DNA of 64,000 bases from Candidatus Parcubacteria bacterium (GCA_039795775.1 JBDKLC010000005.1:312638-376637); one strand, 5' to 3'. Counted from the stretch's first letter, positions 18,386-28,448 are shown. The notes: a model not told the origin generated them from the sequence alone. Translations and numbers: made by a program.

Positions 18386-19945
18386 TTAGCCTTTTAATGG
18401 CAAAGAGATGTTGAATGATGCACCCTTATTGATGCCGTCTGATTCCACCCAAATGTCGCCGTGATGTTTTGTAATGATATTTTTAGCAATATATAGACCC
18501 AATCCCATGCCTTCAGTGTCAGCTCGACGAGCATTTGATGTTCGATAAAACTTTGAGAACATAAATGGAATTTCTTTTTGTTCAATACCAATACCACTAT
18601 CTTTGAATATTATATAAAGCTTATGGTCATTGTGCTGTACTGAAATAATCACTTTTCCATGTTCAGGTGTATACCCAAGAGCATTTTCAAACAGAATCTG
18701 AAGTGCAAATTGAAGTCGTGTTTTATCCGCTTCGATAACAGGCACATTTTCTCCCACAATCATTTCTACCAAAATATCTTTTCGTTTGATCTGGTCTTGA
18801 TGATTATCTTTGATAAATTGCAGCAATTCTTCTACTTGTACAGGAGTAATTCGATAGAAGTTATCGTCTACTTCATTCTGTGCAACATCCATTACGATGT
18901 TTGTAAGTTCAAATAACCGCATACTTGAATACTGTATCTGGTCTACATACTGATTTCGCTTTTCAGACGCTGTTTCTGTACGAAGTTCTTCAGCAATCCA
19001 ACGAATATGCGTAAGCGGTGTTCTAAATTTGTGACTAATAGTATTAATAAACTCATACTTCACCGCATCGGCTGACTTGAGTTGCATCCATACATAATGT
19101 GCAATCGCTGTAGTCACCAACGCTGATATAAACGGAATGAGCCAGTGTGGAAACCCTACAATACTTTTTACTAAAATATTATTTAAAATATTGATTCCTA
19201 CAATAATGAATCCTAAAAGTGCAGTACCTATGCCATACAAAAAAGCTCTTTTTGCAAAAATATGCATATCCATCAAATCATACTTGAGTACTCCATACGC
19301 AAGCGGAATAGTATACAAACCAAGAAGCACTGACGGCATCAAATCTATATTGAAATGAAATATTGGTAAGAACCCAATTGATCCAAAGATGTACGCCCAT
19401 CCAAAGGCCAGCATAAAATATCCAGCTCGCTTCTTTGTGATTTCGTTTCCTGTCGCGTACTGGTGAGCGACCACAGTGAAAAAATATCCTGACACAACAA
19501 AGAAATATAGTACAAATAACCAATAATACGGGCCCATATTGTAGAAATTGGGCATGTAGTCATACGGTTTTGACGAAAGAACATATCGATAGGTATCTTG
19601 CAAAAAGAACGCAAGCAAAGCTACGGCTCCAGTATATACAGCCACCAATCCCCACTTTTGCTCATTGAGCTTATTGAACAATGAAAAAGCCATTGTAGCG
19701 TTGAAACAAACGGTAAGTATGTTGATCAACGTTATTACCAAATAAAATCGTGAAAGATCATGATTGGATGTATTGATACCAAGCAAATACGACACTGAAA
19801 AAATGACAAAACACATACATGTCAAAAAGAATGCTATATGTGTGAGTTTTTTTGGATCCCTTGCAAGAACAAAAATACCTAGACACGCACTTATGAGTGC
19901 AGACAAACCATATCCAACTGTATAAATAATGAGAGCGGTAGACAC
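18386..19945 (-). CDS. Sensor histidine kinase with multi-TM N-terminal sensor domain
   Basis: About 7 TM helices, an H-box (HKFRTPLTHI) and an HATPase_c G-box (GMGLGLYIAKNI). No response regulator adjacent. Confidence 0.85.
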   Translation of the reverse strand: MSTALIIYTVGYGLSALISACLGIFVLARDPKKLTHIAFFLTCMCFVIFSVSYLLGINTSNHDLSRFYLVITLINILTVCFNATMAFSLFNKLNEQKWGLVAVYTGAVALLAFFLQDTYRYVLSSKPYDYMPNFYNMGPYYWLFVLYFFVVSGYFFTVVAHQYATGNEITKKRAGYFMLAFGWAYIFGSIGFLPIFHFNIDLMPSVLLGLYTIPLAYGVLKYDLMDMHIFAKRAFLYGIGTALLGFIIVGINILNNILVKSIVGFPHWLIPFISALVTTAIAHYVWMQLKSADAVKYEFINTISHKFRTPLTHIRWIAEELRTETASEKRNQYVDQIQYSSMRLFELTNIVMDVAQNEVDDNFYRITPVQVEELLQFIKDNHQDQIKRKDILVEMIVGENVPVIEADKTRLQFALQILFENALGYTPEHGKVIISVQHNDHKLYIIFKDSGIGIEQKEIPFMFSKFYRTSNARRADTEGMGLGLYIAKNIITKHHGDIWVESDGINKGASFNISLPLKG

Positions 19946-19981
19946 GCCATCATTATACCCTGCATCCTATTTCGTATTCAA

Positions 19982-21268
19982 CTATATATTGCTCCCCATC
20001 TTGTAGATAACAAGAGAAGTCTTCCTCTTTTTCCAAACATCATGAAGTTTTTTTACAAATTTCCAACCAGCAACAGCTTCATCCAGGCTAATAAATATTT
20101 TTTTGTTTCCTTGAAGTGCAGACATGAAGATGTGCTCATAGGCATCCATTCTCTGAAGCGGAACAATATGAGGGGCATTTAATTCTAATCTCAGTTTCTT
20201 AACGGGTTTTGTCTTTGAACGAAACGTTATGATGAGAGAAGCTGAGTTATCTTTAAGACATTTACCTGCTGAAATAATCAAGCGTGTTTTTTTCCAATGA
20301 GGCAAAGATGTTTTGAGCTCAGTTTTGAAAAAAGTTTCTGTAGTAGAATCTGCAGCTATACCGGTAGTCTCTGTATACCCCTTGTATTGCCCACGCACAG
20401 TCTTGCTGGCAATAATACTGAGTGAATGCAGTACTTTGGCTCGCTGTTTTGCCACTTCGTCTGCCTCACAGTTAGAAGATGAAAGTACCATAATAGCCGA
20501 AAGCATCTGCAGCAAATGGTTTTGTCCTACGTCTTTGAGTGCGCCCACCTTGTCATAGAATGCTCCCCGAGATCCAATATCTTTCTTCTCATGAATAGTG
20601 GCTTCAATTTGTTCAATATATGTATCATTCCAAAAATGAGAAAAAAGTATATTCTTTTTGTCTTCCTCGAGTCGGTGCAAGACATCTTTTCCTAAATAAT
20701 GATCAATACGATAAATACCTGATTCCTCAATGTATTTTTTGAGAACACTGTCGAGTTCTTTTGCACTCTTATCATTTTCTCCAAATGGTTTTTCGATAAG
20801 TACGTGCGGTTTGTAGATAGGAGTAGCTAGTAAGAGCTGCATCCAGCCAAGCTGATCAATGATTATAGGTTGATATGCCGGTGGCACTGACAAATAAAAA
20901 TATGCTTTAGCAGTCTGATACGACTCGAGCTTTCGCTTGAGCCGCTCATAATCTACACCATGGTCGAATTGGCCTTCAATATAAAAACAGTGTTGTGTAA
21001 ACTCACCAATTAATTCTAATTTGTCTTTGATTAATTCTTCTGGCAAAGCAACGTCCCTCACAATTTCTTCTATGTAAAATCTAAACTCCTCCTGTGTAAA
21101 TGGTTTTCTACCAAAACCTACGAGCAAAAATTGAGGTGAGAGATTTCCACGAACAAAAAGCTTATACAACGATGGTATAAGTTTTTGTCTTGCGAGATCA
21201 CCTGTGACCCCAAATAATATGAAAGCTGTTTTTACTGACACGGCAGTCTCCCCATGCATGGAGACCAT
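19982..21268 (-). CDS. zwf: Glucose-6-phosphate 1-dehydrogenase (short form)
   Basis: N-terminal NADP-binding FGVTGDLARQKLIPSL and the RIDHYLGKD active-site motif. Confidence 0.8.
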   Translation of the reverse strand: MVSMHGETAVSVKTAFILFGVTGDLARQKLIPSLYKLFVRGNLSPQFLLVGFGRKPFTQEEFRFYIEEIVRDVALPEELIKDKLELIGEFTQHCFYIEGQFDHGVDYERLKRKLESYQTAKAYFYLSVPPAYQPIIIDQLGWMQLLLATPIYKPHVLIEKPFGENDKSAKELDSVLKKYIEESGIYRIDHYLGKDVLHRLEEDKKNILFSHFWNDTYIEQIEATIHEKKDIGSRGAFYDKVGALKDVGQNHLLQMLSAIMVLSSSNCEADEVAKQRAKVLHSLSIIASKTVRGQYKGYTETTGIAADSTTETFFKTELKTSLPHWKKTRLIISAGKCLKDNSASLIITFRSKTKPVKKLRLELNAPHIVPLQRMDAYEHIFMSALQGNKKIFISLDEAVAGWKFVKKLHDVWKKRKTSLVIYKMGSNI

Positions 21269-21274
21269 TATAAC

Positions 21275-22531
21275 CTAGAGTCCGAGATCTGTACCACCTA
21301 CCTTTGGAATACTATTCACAACAGGTGTTGTATTAGGAGCAACGTCAGAATTCTGAGTGTTTGGTGTTGTGACAGTTGTTGTTGGAGTGCTTGTAGCATC
21401 TGTAGATGTTGCAGATGTAGATGAAGCTGTATCTGTAGTAGATGCAATAGCAGTAGCAGCTGCACTCGTTGTTGTGGTCTCAATTAGTTTTCGCACAGCA
21501 ATATGTGCATTCTTTTCAGTATCAAGAATACTTTGTGCATCACTTGCCGCTCGGTCTGCTTGCTGTACAACGAGAATTACATCTGAAAACTGTTTATTGA
21601 TTTTGTATGAAATAGCTTTTTCAAGTGCTCGATCCGCTTCTGCAAGCTTCACACCTACAGCTACAACTGTATTGATAGCAGTTTGAGGATGAGCTGCTGC
21701 CAATCGATTCTTTGCATCTTTGAGGTCTCGTACCTTGTCTGATACTTCTTTGATTTTTAATTCTGCCTTAGTTGAACTGTTACCTGCAAGTGCGATCTCT
21801 TTATTCTGGAGATCAACTCGAGCTACGGTACTTGTAGCAAGTTCGTCTTGAATAGTAGCAAGAAGCGCAGTAACACTCGCTTGATCTTCTGGAGTTGAAG
21901 ACGATGTATCTGCAGCATCAGCGATAGCTACTTTTGCAAACAACTCTTCGTGAGCTTTGAGTGATGACTCAAAGTTAAGAGCAATTTCTTGCGCAGCTGC
22001 AATATTATTTTCTGAAATAAGTGACGCCACCTGGTTTTTCACCTGACTCGCCTGTTTTTTAAATTCTTGCTGAACAATAGCTTTTCGTTCAGTTGTAAGT
22101 TTGCCTTGTACTGAAAGTGTAGCCGCTTCTTGGAGTCGTCGTTCACTTACTTCGAGAGCAAGTCGCGCTTTTGCTTCAGCTGAAACTGCAGCAAAACTAA
22201 GCACTTCTTCATTTACCTTCTTGAGGCCGAAGAGTGAATCACCTGGAAGAGCTCGCTCAGCAGCAAGTGATACCCCGCCAGACACAAAGAGAAGCATCGC
22301 TATAACAAATGCCGGTACAAACTTTTTATATTCAATATATGAAACGATTCGGTCAATAAATGGAGACTTGATAGGTCGAGAACTTGTAGGAGAAGAAATA
22401 GACACAGCTTCAATTTTGTCCACAACCAAAAGAACTCTATTCAACACCTCTTCCTTTTCAGTCTGGGAGAGATGAATAGATTTTATTCTTGAAATTAATT
22501 TTTCTAGTCTTTTATCAATCATTTTTTTCAA
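21275..22531 (-). CDS. Putative anti-sigma factor / membrane protein with Thr/Ser-rich C-terminal tail
   Basis: Overlaps the ECF sigma gene upstream. Single TM helix, a coiled alanine-rich extracytoplasmic region and a T/S-rich tail. Confidence 0.55.
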   Translation of the reverse strand: MKKMIDKRLEKLISRIKSIHLSQTEKEEVLNRVLLVVDKIEAVSISSPTSSRPIKSPFIDRIVSYIEYKKFVPAFVIAMLLFVSGGVSLAAERALPGDSLFGLKKVNEEVLSFAAVSAEAKARLALEVSERRLQEAATLSVQGKLTTERKAIVQQEFKKQASQVKNQVASLISENNIAAAQEIALNFESSLKAHEELFAKVAIADAADTSSSTPEDQASVTALLATIQDELATSTVARVDLQNKEIALAGNSSTKAELKIKEVSDKVRDLKDAKNRLAAAHPQTAINTVVAVGVKLAEADRALEKAISYKINKQFSDVILVVQQADRAASDAQSILDTEKNAHIAVRKLIETTTTSAAATAIASTTDTASSTSATSTDATSTPTTTVTTPNTQNSDVAPNTTPVVNSIPKVGGTDLGL

Positions 22532-23042
22532 ACATATCTTTTAGATCTTTCAATGCTCGATGTATTCGCACGGAAACGGTATTCTCACGTTGATCTGTTA
22601 TTTCTGCGATTTCTTTTACAGAAAGACCATCTACGTAGCGAAGCATCAAAAGATGTCGTAAAGGCTCTTCAAGTCGATTGAGAAGTTTCATTGCTAATGC
22701 GCCATCTGCTTGTTCAACAATACGCTCAGCATGTGTATGATCTCCTGGGTCAAACCCGTCTTCGACTAATATATCGAGAGACATTTCTTTATGCTTTCTG
22801 TAATTGTCGATAATTGCGTTTGAGGCAATTCTGAACAAAAGGGCTTTAGGATTTGAAACTTCACCGTCAGCTCTGAGGTACTCCCAGAACTTCACAAATG
22901 CATCTTGGACAATGTCCTTGGCCTTTTCTCGATCGGAAAGCTTATAAAAAGCAAACCGGAAAAGAGCATCTGAGTGTTCGTCGTATGTACCCTGAAACTG
23001 CTTTTTTAGTGTGGCTGTGTGTGTCTTATTCGACATAGACAA
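22515..23042 (-). CDS. ECF-type RNA polymerase sigma factor (sigma-70 regions 2 and 4)
   Basis: Region 2 (DIVQDAFVKFW) and a region-4 HTH (LSVKEIAEITDQRENTVSVRIHRALKDL). Confidence 0.85.
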   Translation of the reverse strand: MSMSNKTHTATLKKQFQGTYDEHSDALFRFAFYKLSDREKAKDIVQDAFVKFWEYLRADGEVSNPKALLFRIASNAIIDNYRKHKEMSLDILVEDGFDPGDHTHAERIVEQADGALAMKLLNRLEEPLRHLLMLRYVDGLSVKEIAEITDQRENTVSVRIHRALKDLKDMFEKND

Positions 23043-23071
23043 TGACGTATAAACGTGTCGTTTATTACAAT

Positions 23072-23105
23072 GTGACTTTTAATACCAGTAGATTAGCCGT
23101 ATAAT
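23072..23105 (+). promoter_or_regulatory. Putative promoter with perfect TATAAT -10 only 9 nt upstream of the ATG (possible leaderless transcript)
   Basis: TATAAT at 23100..23105. The -35 is weak. Confidence 0.3.
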
Positions 23106-23113
23106 AACCTTAC

Positions 23114-23989
23114 ATGCAACCAAGGAAACGAAGAGCTGGCACACCTGCACCAGCCTCAACTATCTGGAAAATATCGGCTCTAGTACTCGTATCTATTTTT
23201 ACCATACTTTTGGTAGGAGGTACAGTTTCGTTGTCTAAGTTGGGGCTTGAACCTTGGAGATTTTATCTCAATGTCGCAAACCCAAATGTCACATTTGTAA
23301 GTATTCAAGCAGGTCTCCGAAAAGAACAAATCGCTGAAATTTTGTCGAAACAGCTGAGCTGGCCTGAATCAGAAAAGGGGGCTTTCATGGCAGCGGCTGC
23401 AAAGCGTGATAAACAAAATCCTGAGGGTGTCTTCCTCCCTGGTAACTACTGGGTCTACAAAACAGCTACAGGCGAGCAGGTAGCCAATCAGATGATCGAT
23501 GCTTTCTACTCTAAGGTTAAGCAAAACATCCTTAACAAAGATCAAACAAATTTTAAAGATAAAATGAATTTGGCTACAGCAGTCAAAATCGCTTCTATCC
23601 TCCAACGAGAAGCGGCTGGTCCTGAAGATATGAAAATTATTTCAGGTGTAATATGGAATCGACTCTTTAGAGGCATGACACTCGATATGGACGCCACACT
23701 TCAGTACAGCAAAGGTGCTCCAGGCGACTGGTGGCCAAAAGTTGCTTCTTCTGACAAGCGACTTGAATCTCAATTTAATACATACAAATTCAAAGGCCTT
23801 CCTCCAACAGCTATTGCAAACCCAAGTCTCGATGCTCTCTATGCCGCGTACAATCCTTCTTCTACAGATTGTATTTTCTACATTCACGATGCAAAACGGA
23901 ATTTTCACTGCTCTGTTACCTACGAAGAACACAAACAAAATATTTCTACATATTTGATTGGTAAGAAGCCAACTCCTTCTAGTTTGTAA
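23114..23989 (+). CDS. MltG/YceG-like endolytic transglycosylase paralog
   Basis: N-terminal TM helix and a YceG-like domain (IASILQREA, GLPPTAIANP). Confidence 0.75.
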   Translation: MQPRKRRAGTPAPASTIWKISALVLVSIFTILLVGGTVSLSKLGLEPWRFYLNVANPNVTFVSIQAGLRKEQIAEILSKQLSWPESEKGAFMAAAAKRDKQNPEGVFLPGNYWVYKTATGEQVANQMIDAFYSKVKQNILNKDQTNFKDKMNLATAVKIASILQREAAGPEDMKIISGVIWNRLFRGMTLDMDATLQYSKGAPGDWWPKVASSDKRLESQFNTYKFKGLPPTAIANPSLDALYAAYNPSSTDCIFYIHDAKRNFHCSVTYEEHKQNISTYLIGKKPTPSSL

Positions 23990-24010
23990 AAATTTGTACA
24001 AATCAGAGAA

Positions 24011-25306
24011 CTACATACACAGAGCAATTCCCACAAACGGAATATTTATTCTGCGTTCTCGAAAACCAACATGCTTTGATTCATAGTCGCTTTTTTGTAA
24101 TGCAGACATGCTCGATCCCAGAAACACTGTATGGCTGCCAAAGGTTTTGTTGAGATCGTCCACGACAGAAAATACTTTATCACTCGATTCAGCTATTTCA
24201 CTTTGTCCAAATAGATCCCTTGTCACCGCTTCTTCTTCGATCAAGCTGCGCAATGTGATGCCAGATGTTCGATAGAGTGTGCGTGCATTGTATACCTGAT
24301 CAAAATACTGCCGAACAACTTTGAGAAGCTCGTTTGGTGATGACGTAGCCAACGGCAGGTTTATTTCGACACTCCGATACCGAAATTCAGACGTCTTGAG
24401 ATAAAACGTAATCGCACGACTAGATACTCCATGAAAGCGGGCTTTTTCACAAGCCATCTCTATATTTTTTGAAAGTTGAGAAAATATGAATTGTCTATCT
24501 GACGTCGCAGGAGTAAAGGTACGAGACTTCATAATAGAACCGATATCACTCGCAGGTGACGCCGCTGTCGATAACTCTTTTACAAAATATCCCTGAAACT
24601 CAAGCCAAATCTCTTTGTATGGTTTCGCTATTTGATTCACTCGCATCCACGCGTCGTCTTTTATTGCAAAGTCGTATGCCGTCTCAATTCCCCTCTGTCT
24701 CAAATACATAGACATAGCGCCACCAATTCCCCACACTTTGTGAATCGGCAATTGTTTTATAAAACTCACTATGTCTTCTTTTTTTATAACAGTAAATCCC
24801 GCAGGCTTCTTGTGCTTTGATGCTACTTTGGCCAGTACTTTGTTTGGAGCAAGCCCCACACCAAATGTAATACCAAGTTTCATTTCAAGATCTTTCTTTA
24901 TATTGAATGCGTACTCAGCGTGGGTCATACCGTGTGGCAATGTCACATCGGTGATATCAGCAAAACATTCATCTATACTGTATTCCTCTACGTGAGGCGT
25001 GTATCGACGCACGATGTTGTACATGCGCCGCGCAAATATGCAGTACATTTCATAATCAGAATCTAAAAGAATTGCTTCGGGACATACTTTTTTTATTTCA
25101 CCAATACGCATACCTCGTGTCACACCTTTGGCTTTTGCCTCATAACTAAAAGCCGCAGCAATACCACGCTCGAGACCCGTAATAACAGGCTTACCTTTGA
25201 GTTTGTGATTCTTGGCTTGTTCTACAGATGCAAAAAAAGCATCACCATCTATGTGAAGAATGTATCGAGACTTATGTGGAATTGATGATAAACGAGGAGA
25301 ATTCAT
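24011..25306 (-). CDS. umuC: Y-family translesion DNA polymerase (UmuC/DinB-like)
   Basis: N-terminal ILHIDGDAFFASVE catalytic motif of Y-family polymerases. Immediately downstream of the S24 peptidase gene. Confidence 0.85.
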   Translation of the reverse strand: MNSPRLSSIPHKSRYILHIDGDAFFASVEQAKNHKLKGKPVITGLERGIAAAFSYEAKAKGVTRGMRIGEIKKVCPEAILLDSDYEMYCIFARRMYNIVRRYTPHVEEYSIDECFADITDVTLPHGMTHAEYAFNIKKDLEMKLGITFGVGLAPNKVLAKVASKHKKPAGFTVIKKEDIVSFIKQLPIHKVWGIGGAMSMYLRQRGIETAYDFAIKDDAWMRVNQIAKPYKEIWLEFQGYFVKELSTAASPASDIGSIMKSRTFTPATSDRQFIFSQLSKNIEMACEKARFHGVSSRAITFYLKTSEFRYRSVEINLPLATSSPNELLKVVRQYFDQVYNARTLYRTSGITLRSLIEEEAVTRDLFGQSEIAESSDKVFSVVDDLNKTFGSHTVFLGSSMSALQKSDYESKHVGFRERRINIPFVGIALCM

Positions 25307-25312
25307 GTTTGA

Positions 25313-25726
25313 TCACTTGTGATACGTACGAAATGTGGATACAACAACACCAACAATCTGCCCATCTCTTGGAAAGATTGGCTCGTAGAGATCATTTGCG
25401 GCCTCAAGATACAGCCGACCATCTGATGTCTTTTGCAAATACTTGAGCGTATAGCCATCTTCTATAAGAGCCACGACAATGTCTCCTGTCTTGCAGTCAG
25501 TGGTACGTTGAAATACAACATAGTCGCCATCAAGTATGCCGGCATCCTGCATTGAATCTCCTTGCACACGCAACAAATACGAAGAATCTTTATCTTGAAT
25601 AAGATACTGCTCAAGGTTGATAGTCTCAGAGAGCTCTTCTTCTCCAGGAGAAGCAAATCCAGCGCGAATATACCCAAGAAACGGAATCTGAATTCCGGAC
25701 GCGTTTTTATTTTTTTTGAAATGCAT
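25313..25726 (-). CDS. umuD: UmuD-like S24 peptidase (LexA C-terminal domain only, no HTH)
   Basis: GDSM Ser nucleophile and a downstream Lys (the ALIEDGYTLKYL segment). About 137 aa with no DNA-binding domain. Confidence 0.75.
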   Translation of the reverse strand: MHFKKNKNASGIQIPFLGYIRAGFASPGEEELSETINLEQYLIQDKDSSYLLRVQGDSMQDAGILDGDYVVFQRTTDCKTGDIVVALIEDGYTLKYLQKTSDGRLYLEAANDLYEPIFPRDGQIVGVVVSTFRTYHK

Positions 25727-26015
25727 GAACACCAGGTTTCATAAACGAATCAGTCATAGACACAAACGCTCGTCGGGCATCAAGCAATGAAATACTTGAT
25801 TCTTGGAGTTCATCACGAGAAATAAATACAGGAAACCAATTGTCGACAAAAAACTCACGGCCCTTGCCATCAAACGTTCTCTGACCTCGTCGCTTTGATT
25901 GCCATGGGAGACGATGAAACCCGACATCATTTGTATTTGTAAAAAATCGCTCATGTTCAGTCTCTTCAGGGTGAACATAGCCTTCTTTATAAATATGCGG
26001 AGTTTGTATAGACAT
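25707..26015 (-). CDS. Hypothetical protein overlapping umuD start
   Basis: A 102-aa ORF co-directional with umuDC and overlapping it by 20 nt. No motif. Confidence 0.35.
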   Translation of the reverse strand: MSIQTPHIYKEGYVHPEETEHERFFTNTNDVGFHRLPWQSKRRGQRTFDGKGREFFVDNWFPVFISRDELQESSISLLDARRAFVSMTDSFMKPGVHAFQKK

Positions 26016-26094
26016 AGATTCTTGGTTTAACTTCTAATGTCTATAGTATAGTGAACAAGTGTTCACCTACGCAAATATGTTATCCCCAGGAGCT

Positions 26095-26694
26095 TTATTC
26101 AGACTTTGATCGAGCTTTTGCTTTTGTTTCTGCTTTTTTAAGCTTTCTGAATTCACTTACAGTCATAAGAGTACGCATATCGTCCATTCTATCTGTATAC
26201 ATAATGCCATCGAGATGATCAATCTCATGCTGAATAATCCGAGCTTCAAGTTGATTAAAATGCTTTGTCACGCGCTCTCCTTCTGCATTTGTATATTCAA
26301 CATCTACTTCAGTTGGCCGAGGTACTTTTCCGAGTACGTCAGGGAGACTAAGACATCCTTCCCAGTCAGCCTTAATTTTATTTGAAAATTGTATGATTTT
26401 AGGATTTATAAATACTTCTTTTACTATTTTTTTAACTTTTCTTGTAGATGTATCGTGTATGTACATCACAAAAACACGCTTATTGTTTCCAAGTTGTGGA
26501 GCAGCAATACCTACACCTTCATATTGCTCGCAAGCCAAAAACATCTTACGGAGAAATTGTTTGAATGGTGCTGAAACCATTTCTTGCTTTGATACAGTTT
26601 TAGATACTGCTCGAAGTATTGGATTACCAAGCATCACGATAGGTGTCTTCTTTTTTTCTCTAGGTGCTGATGATACTTTTTGTGATGAAGCCAT
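26095..26694 (-). CDS. def: Peptide deformylase
   Basis: The three PDF motifs: GVGIAAPQLG, EGCLSLP and HEIDHLDG. Confidence 0.9.
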   Translation of the reverse strand: MASSQKVSSAPREKKKTPIVMLGNPILRAVSKTVSKQEMVSAPFKQFLRKMFLACEQYEGVGIAAPQLGNNKRVFVMYIHDTSTRKVKKIVKEVFINPKIIQFSNKIKADWEGCLSLPDVLGKVPRPTEVDVEYTNAEGERVTKHFNQLEARIIQHEIDHLDGIMYTDRMDDMRTLMTVSEFRKLKKAETKAKARSKSE

Positions 26695-26700
26695 GTGAAT

Positions 26701-27348
26701 TTATTTATTTTTAGAAAATATTTTATTTAGTACTTTTCGAATTGTCTGAATGAGACGGTCTCGACTGTCTTTATCTTTTGCAAAGTGCATGATCGTAGGA
26801 ATAAACGAAAGAATAATAATAAGAACAATGATAGGAATAAGATAGTGATCAATATTTGGTACTACAGAGCCAAGGAAATATCCAAGAAGCGTGAGGCCCA
26901 CAGCCCACAACAACCCTCCAATAATGTTGTATGCGAGAAACACACGATAATTCATTGTGCCTACACCAGCTAGTATTGGTGTGAATGTTCGTACGACAGG
27001 AAGAAATCGAGCAAGAATGATGGACTTCTTTCCATGAATAGCAAAAAATTCATTTGCTTTATGAAGATTATCTTTGTGAAAAAAGAGTGAGTCTTCTTTT
27101 GTAAAAATCTTAGGACCAACTTTTTTACCAAACCAGTACCCCACACTGTCTCCCACTACCGCTGCTATAAATGTTCCGATACAAAGAACCCAAATATTAA
27201 GAAGTCCTTGAGAAGCCAAAAAACCCGCTGTAAAGAGCAAACTATCTCCTGGCAAAAAGAAGCCGACGAGAAGGCCGGACTCAGCAAATATTATAGAAAA
27301 CACGCCAATATAGCCGACGGTCTTGATGATTGTGACGAGGTCAAACAT
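26701..27348 (-). CDS. DedA/SNARE-associated family membrane protein
   Basis: Typical DedA N-terminal amphipathic region (GVFSIIFAESGLLVGFFLPGDSLL) and several TM helices. Confidence 0.8.
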   Translation of the reverse strand: MFDLVTIIKTVGYIGVFSIIFAESGLLVGFFLPGDSLLFTAGFLASQGLLNIWVLCIGTFIAAVVGDSVGYWFGKKVGPKIFTKEDSLFFHKDNLHKANEFFAIHGKKSIILARFLPVVRTFTPILAGVGTMNYRVFLAYNIIGGLLWAVGLTLLGYFLGSVVPNIDHYLIPIIVLIIILSFIPTIMHFAKDKDSRDRLIQTIRKVLNKIFSKNK

Positions 27349-27380
27349 ATCACCAGCTTACACTATTGCTCTAAATTGGT

Positions 27381-27434
27381 CCAAAACAAAAAACGCGTCA
27401 TGGACGACCCTAATTCGAGTTGTCCCTGACACGT
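27381..27434 (-). terminator. Intrinsic terminator downstream of the 2OG oxygenase gene
   Basis: Imperfect 16-bp hairpin followed on the minus strand by TTTTTGTTTTGG. Confidence 0.55.
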
Positions 27435-27489
27435 TTTGATTTGTATGAATTATTTCTACTTTTTCGAAGTGTGATCAGCCATGGAGTAT

Positions 27490-28335
27490 TTACTCCTTAA
27501 AAAACTGACGAAACTCTTCATGAGGCATACCGTAGTTGAAGCCGAGGTTTTCTTTGTGTAAATCCTGAAGGCGTCCCTTGAGCTTGTCATACACAGGCCC
27601 GGCGAGCTGCACAAAGACCACAGCAGAAAGACGACCTCCCCGTTCGCCCTTTTGAGCAGTCTCACCATTTGAGATCACACGGTGCACAGTAGCGGTCAAA
27701 CGCCCCTCAGATCGCAATTGAAGCTGCATAGAAGGAATAATGACTGTCTCACCCTCAGATACAGGCATATCACGCCATGTCTTCTGTGGATCGAGATACT
27801 GAAGCCCAGGAGCGCTCTCAAAGAGATGGAGTGTGAATCCACTTTGATCCGTGTGAGCTTCCGCGGTTTCGATGCCTACGGGCACATCGTCAAAGTAGTG
27901 AATGAACCGAATGAAGTATGCATCTTCACGCTCTGAGACTTCCTTTTCAAATCCATTCAAACCAAACTCATGCTCGGCTTGTCTGGCAAATCCAAGGACC
28001 ATCACTTTGATATCGCTAATAAGCGCCGTAGCAGCTTGGACGAACGCGGTGGCAGTTGGGTCGCTGATCTTTGCTGCTTCATTCATGAGCCACGCAAGAC
28101 CCGCCAAGGCCAAATCAAAGTTTTCTTTCTTGTCTTTACTCGGACCTGTCTGACCTTTTTTCTCATACCCCACGCCAGCGCTGCCGTTGCTATAGCCAAA
28201 CTTCACCTTCACCTCGTCTGGTAATGAACAAAACTGTTTCCACAATTTCATCACCTCTTTTACTCGTGCCCGAATTTCAGGTGGATATGCAAGTGCAACA
28301 TATCCTTCTTTTTCCAATTGTTGAATTGATTTCAT
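27490..28335 (-). CDS. 2-oxoglutarate/Fe(II)-dependent oxygenase (IPNS-like DIOX_N + 2OG-FeII_Oxy)
   Basis: HxD...H facial triad (EAHTDQSGFTLH ... TVHRV). Start placed at the internal MKSIQQ, because the upstream part of the ORF is a terminator hairpin. Confidence 0.7.
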   Translation of the reverse strand: MKSIQQLEKEGYVALAYPPEIRARVKEVMKLWKQFCSLPDEVKVKFGYSNGSAGVGYEKKGQTGPSKDKKENFDLALAGLAWLMNEAAKISDPTATAFVQAATALISDIKVMVLGFARQAEHEFGLNGFEKEVSEREDAYFIRFIHYFDDVPVGIETAEAHTDQSGFTLHLFESAPGLQYLDPQKTWRDMPVSEGETVIIPSMQLQLRSEGRLTATVHRVISNGETAQKGERGGRLSAVVFVQLAGPVYDKLKGRLQDLHKENLGFNYGMPHEEFRQFFKE

Positions 28336-28400
28336 AAATAGTAGTTGTTTGTGTTGAATGTGGTCACAGATGTAACCGTTATCAATTGTAGAAAGTCCTG

Positions 28401-28441
28401 AAAACAAAAAAAGCGAGGATGTCCTCGGTGAAGACATCCTC
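28401..28441 (-). terminator. Intrinsic terminator after the wHTH-NUDIX gene
   Basis: 9-bp stem GAGGATGTC/GACATCCTC followed on the minus strand by TTTTTTTGTTTT. Confidence 0.7.
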
Positions 28442-28448
28442 GGCACTA

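Noticed and set aside
22515-22531. Possible programmed frameshift or overlap between the ECF sigma and the downstream gene.
   Set aside because: A 17-nt overlap in different frames is ordinary translational coupling for sigma/anti-sigma pairs. There is no slippery sequence.
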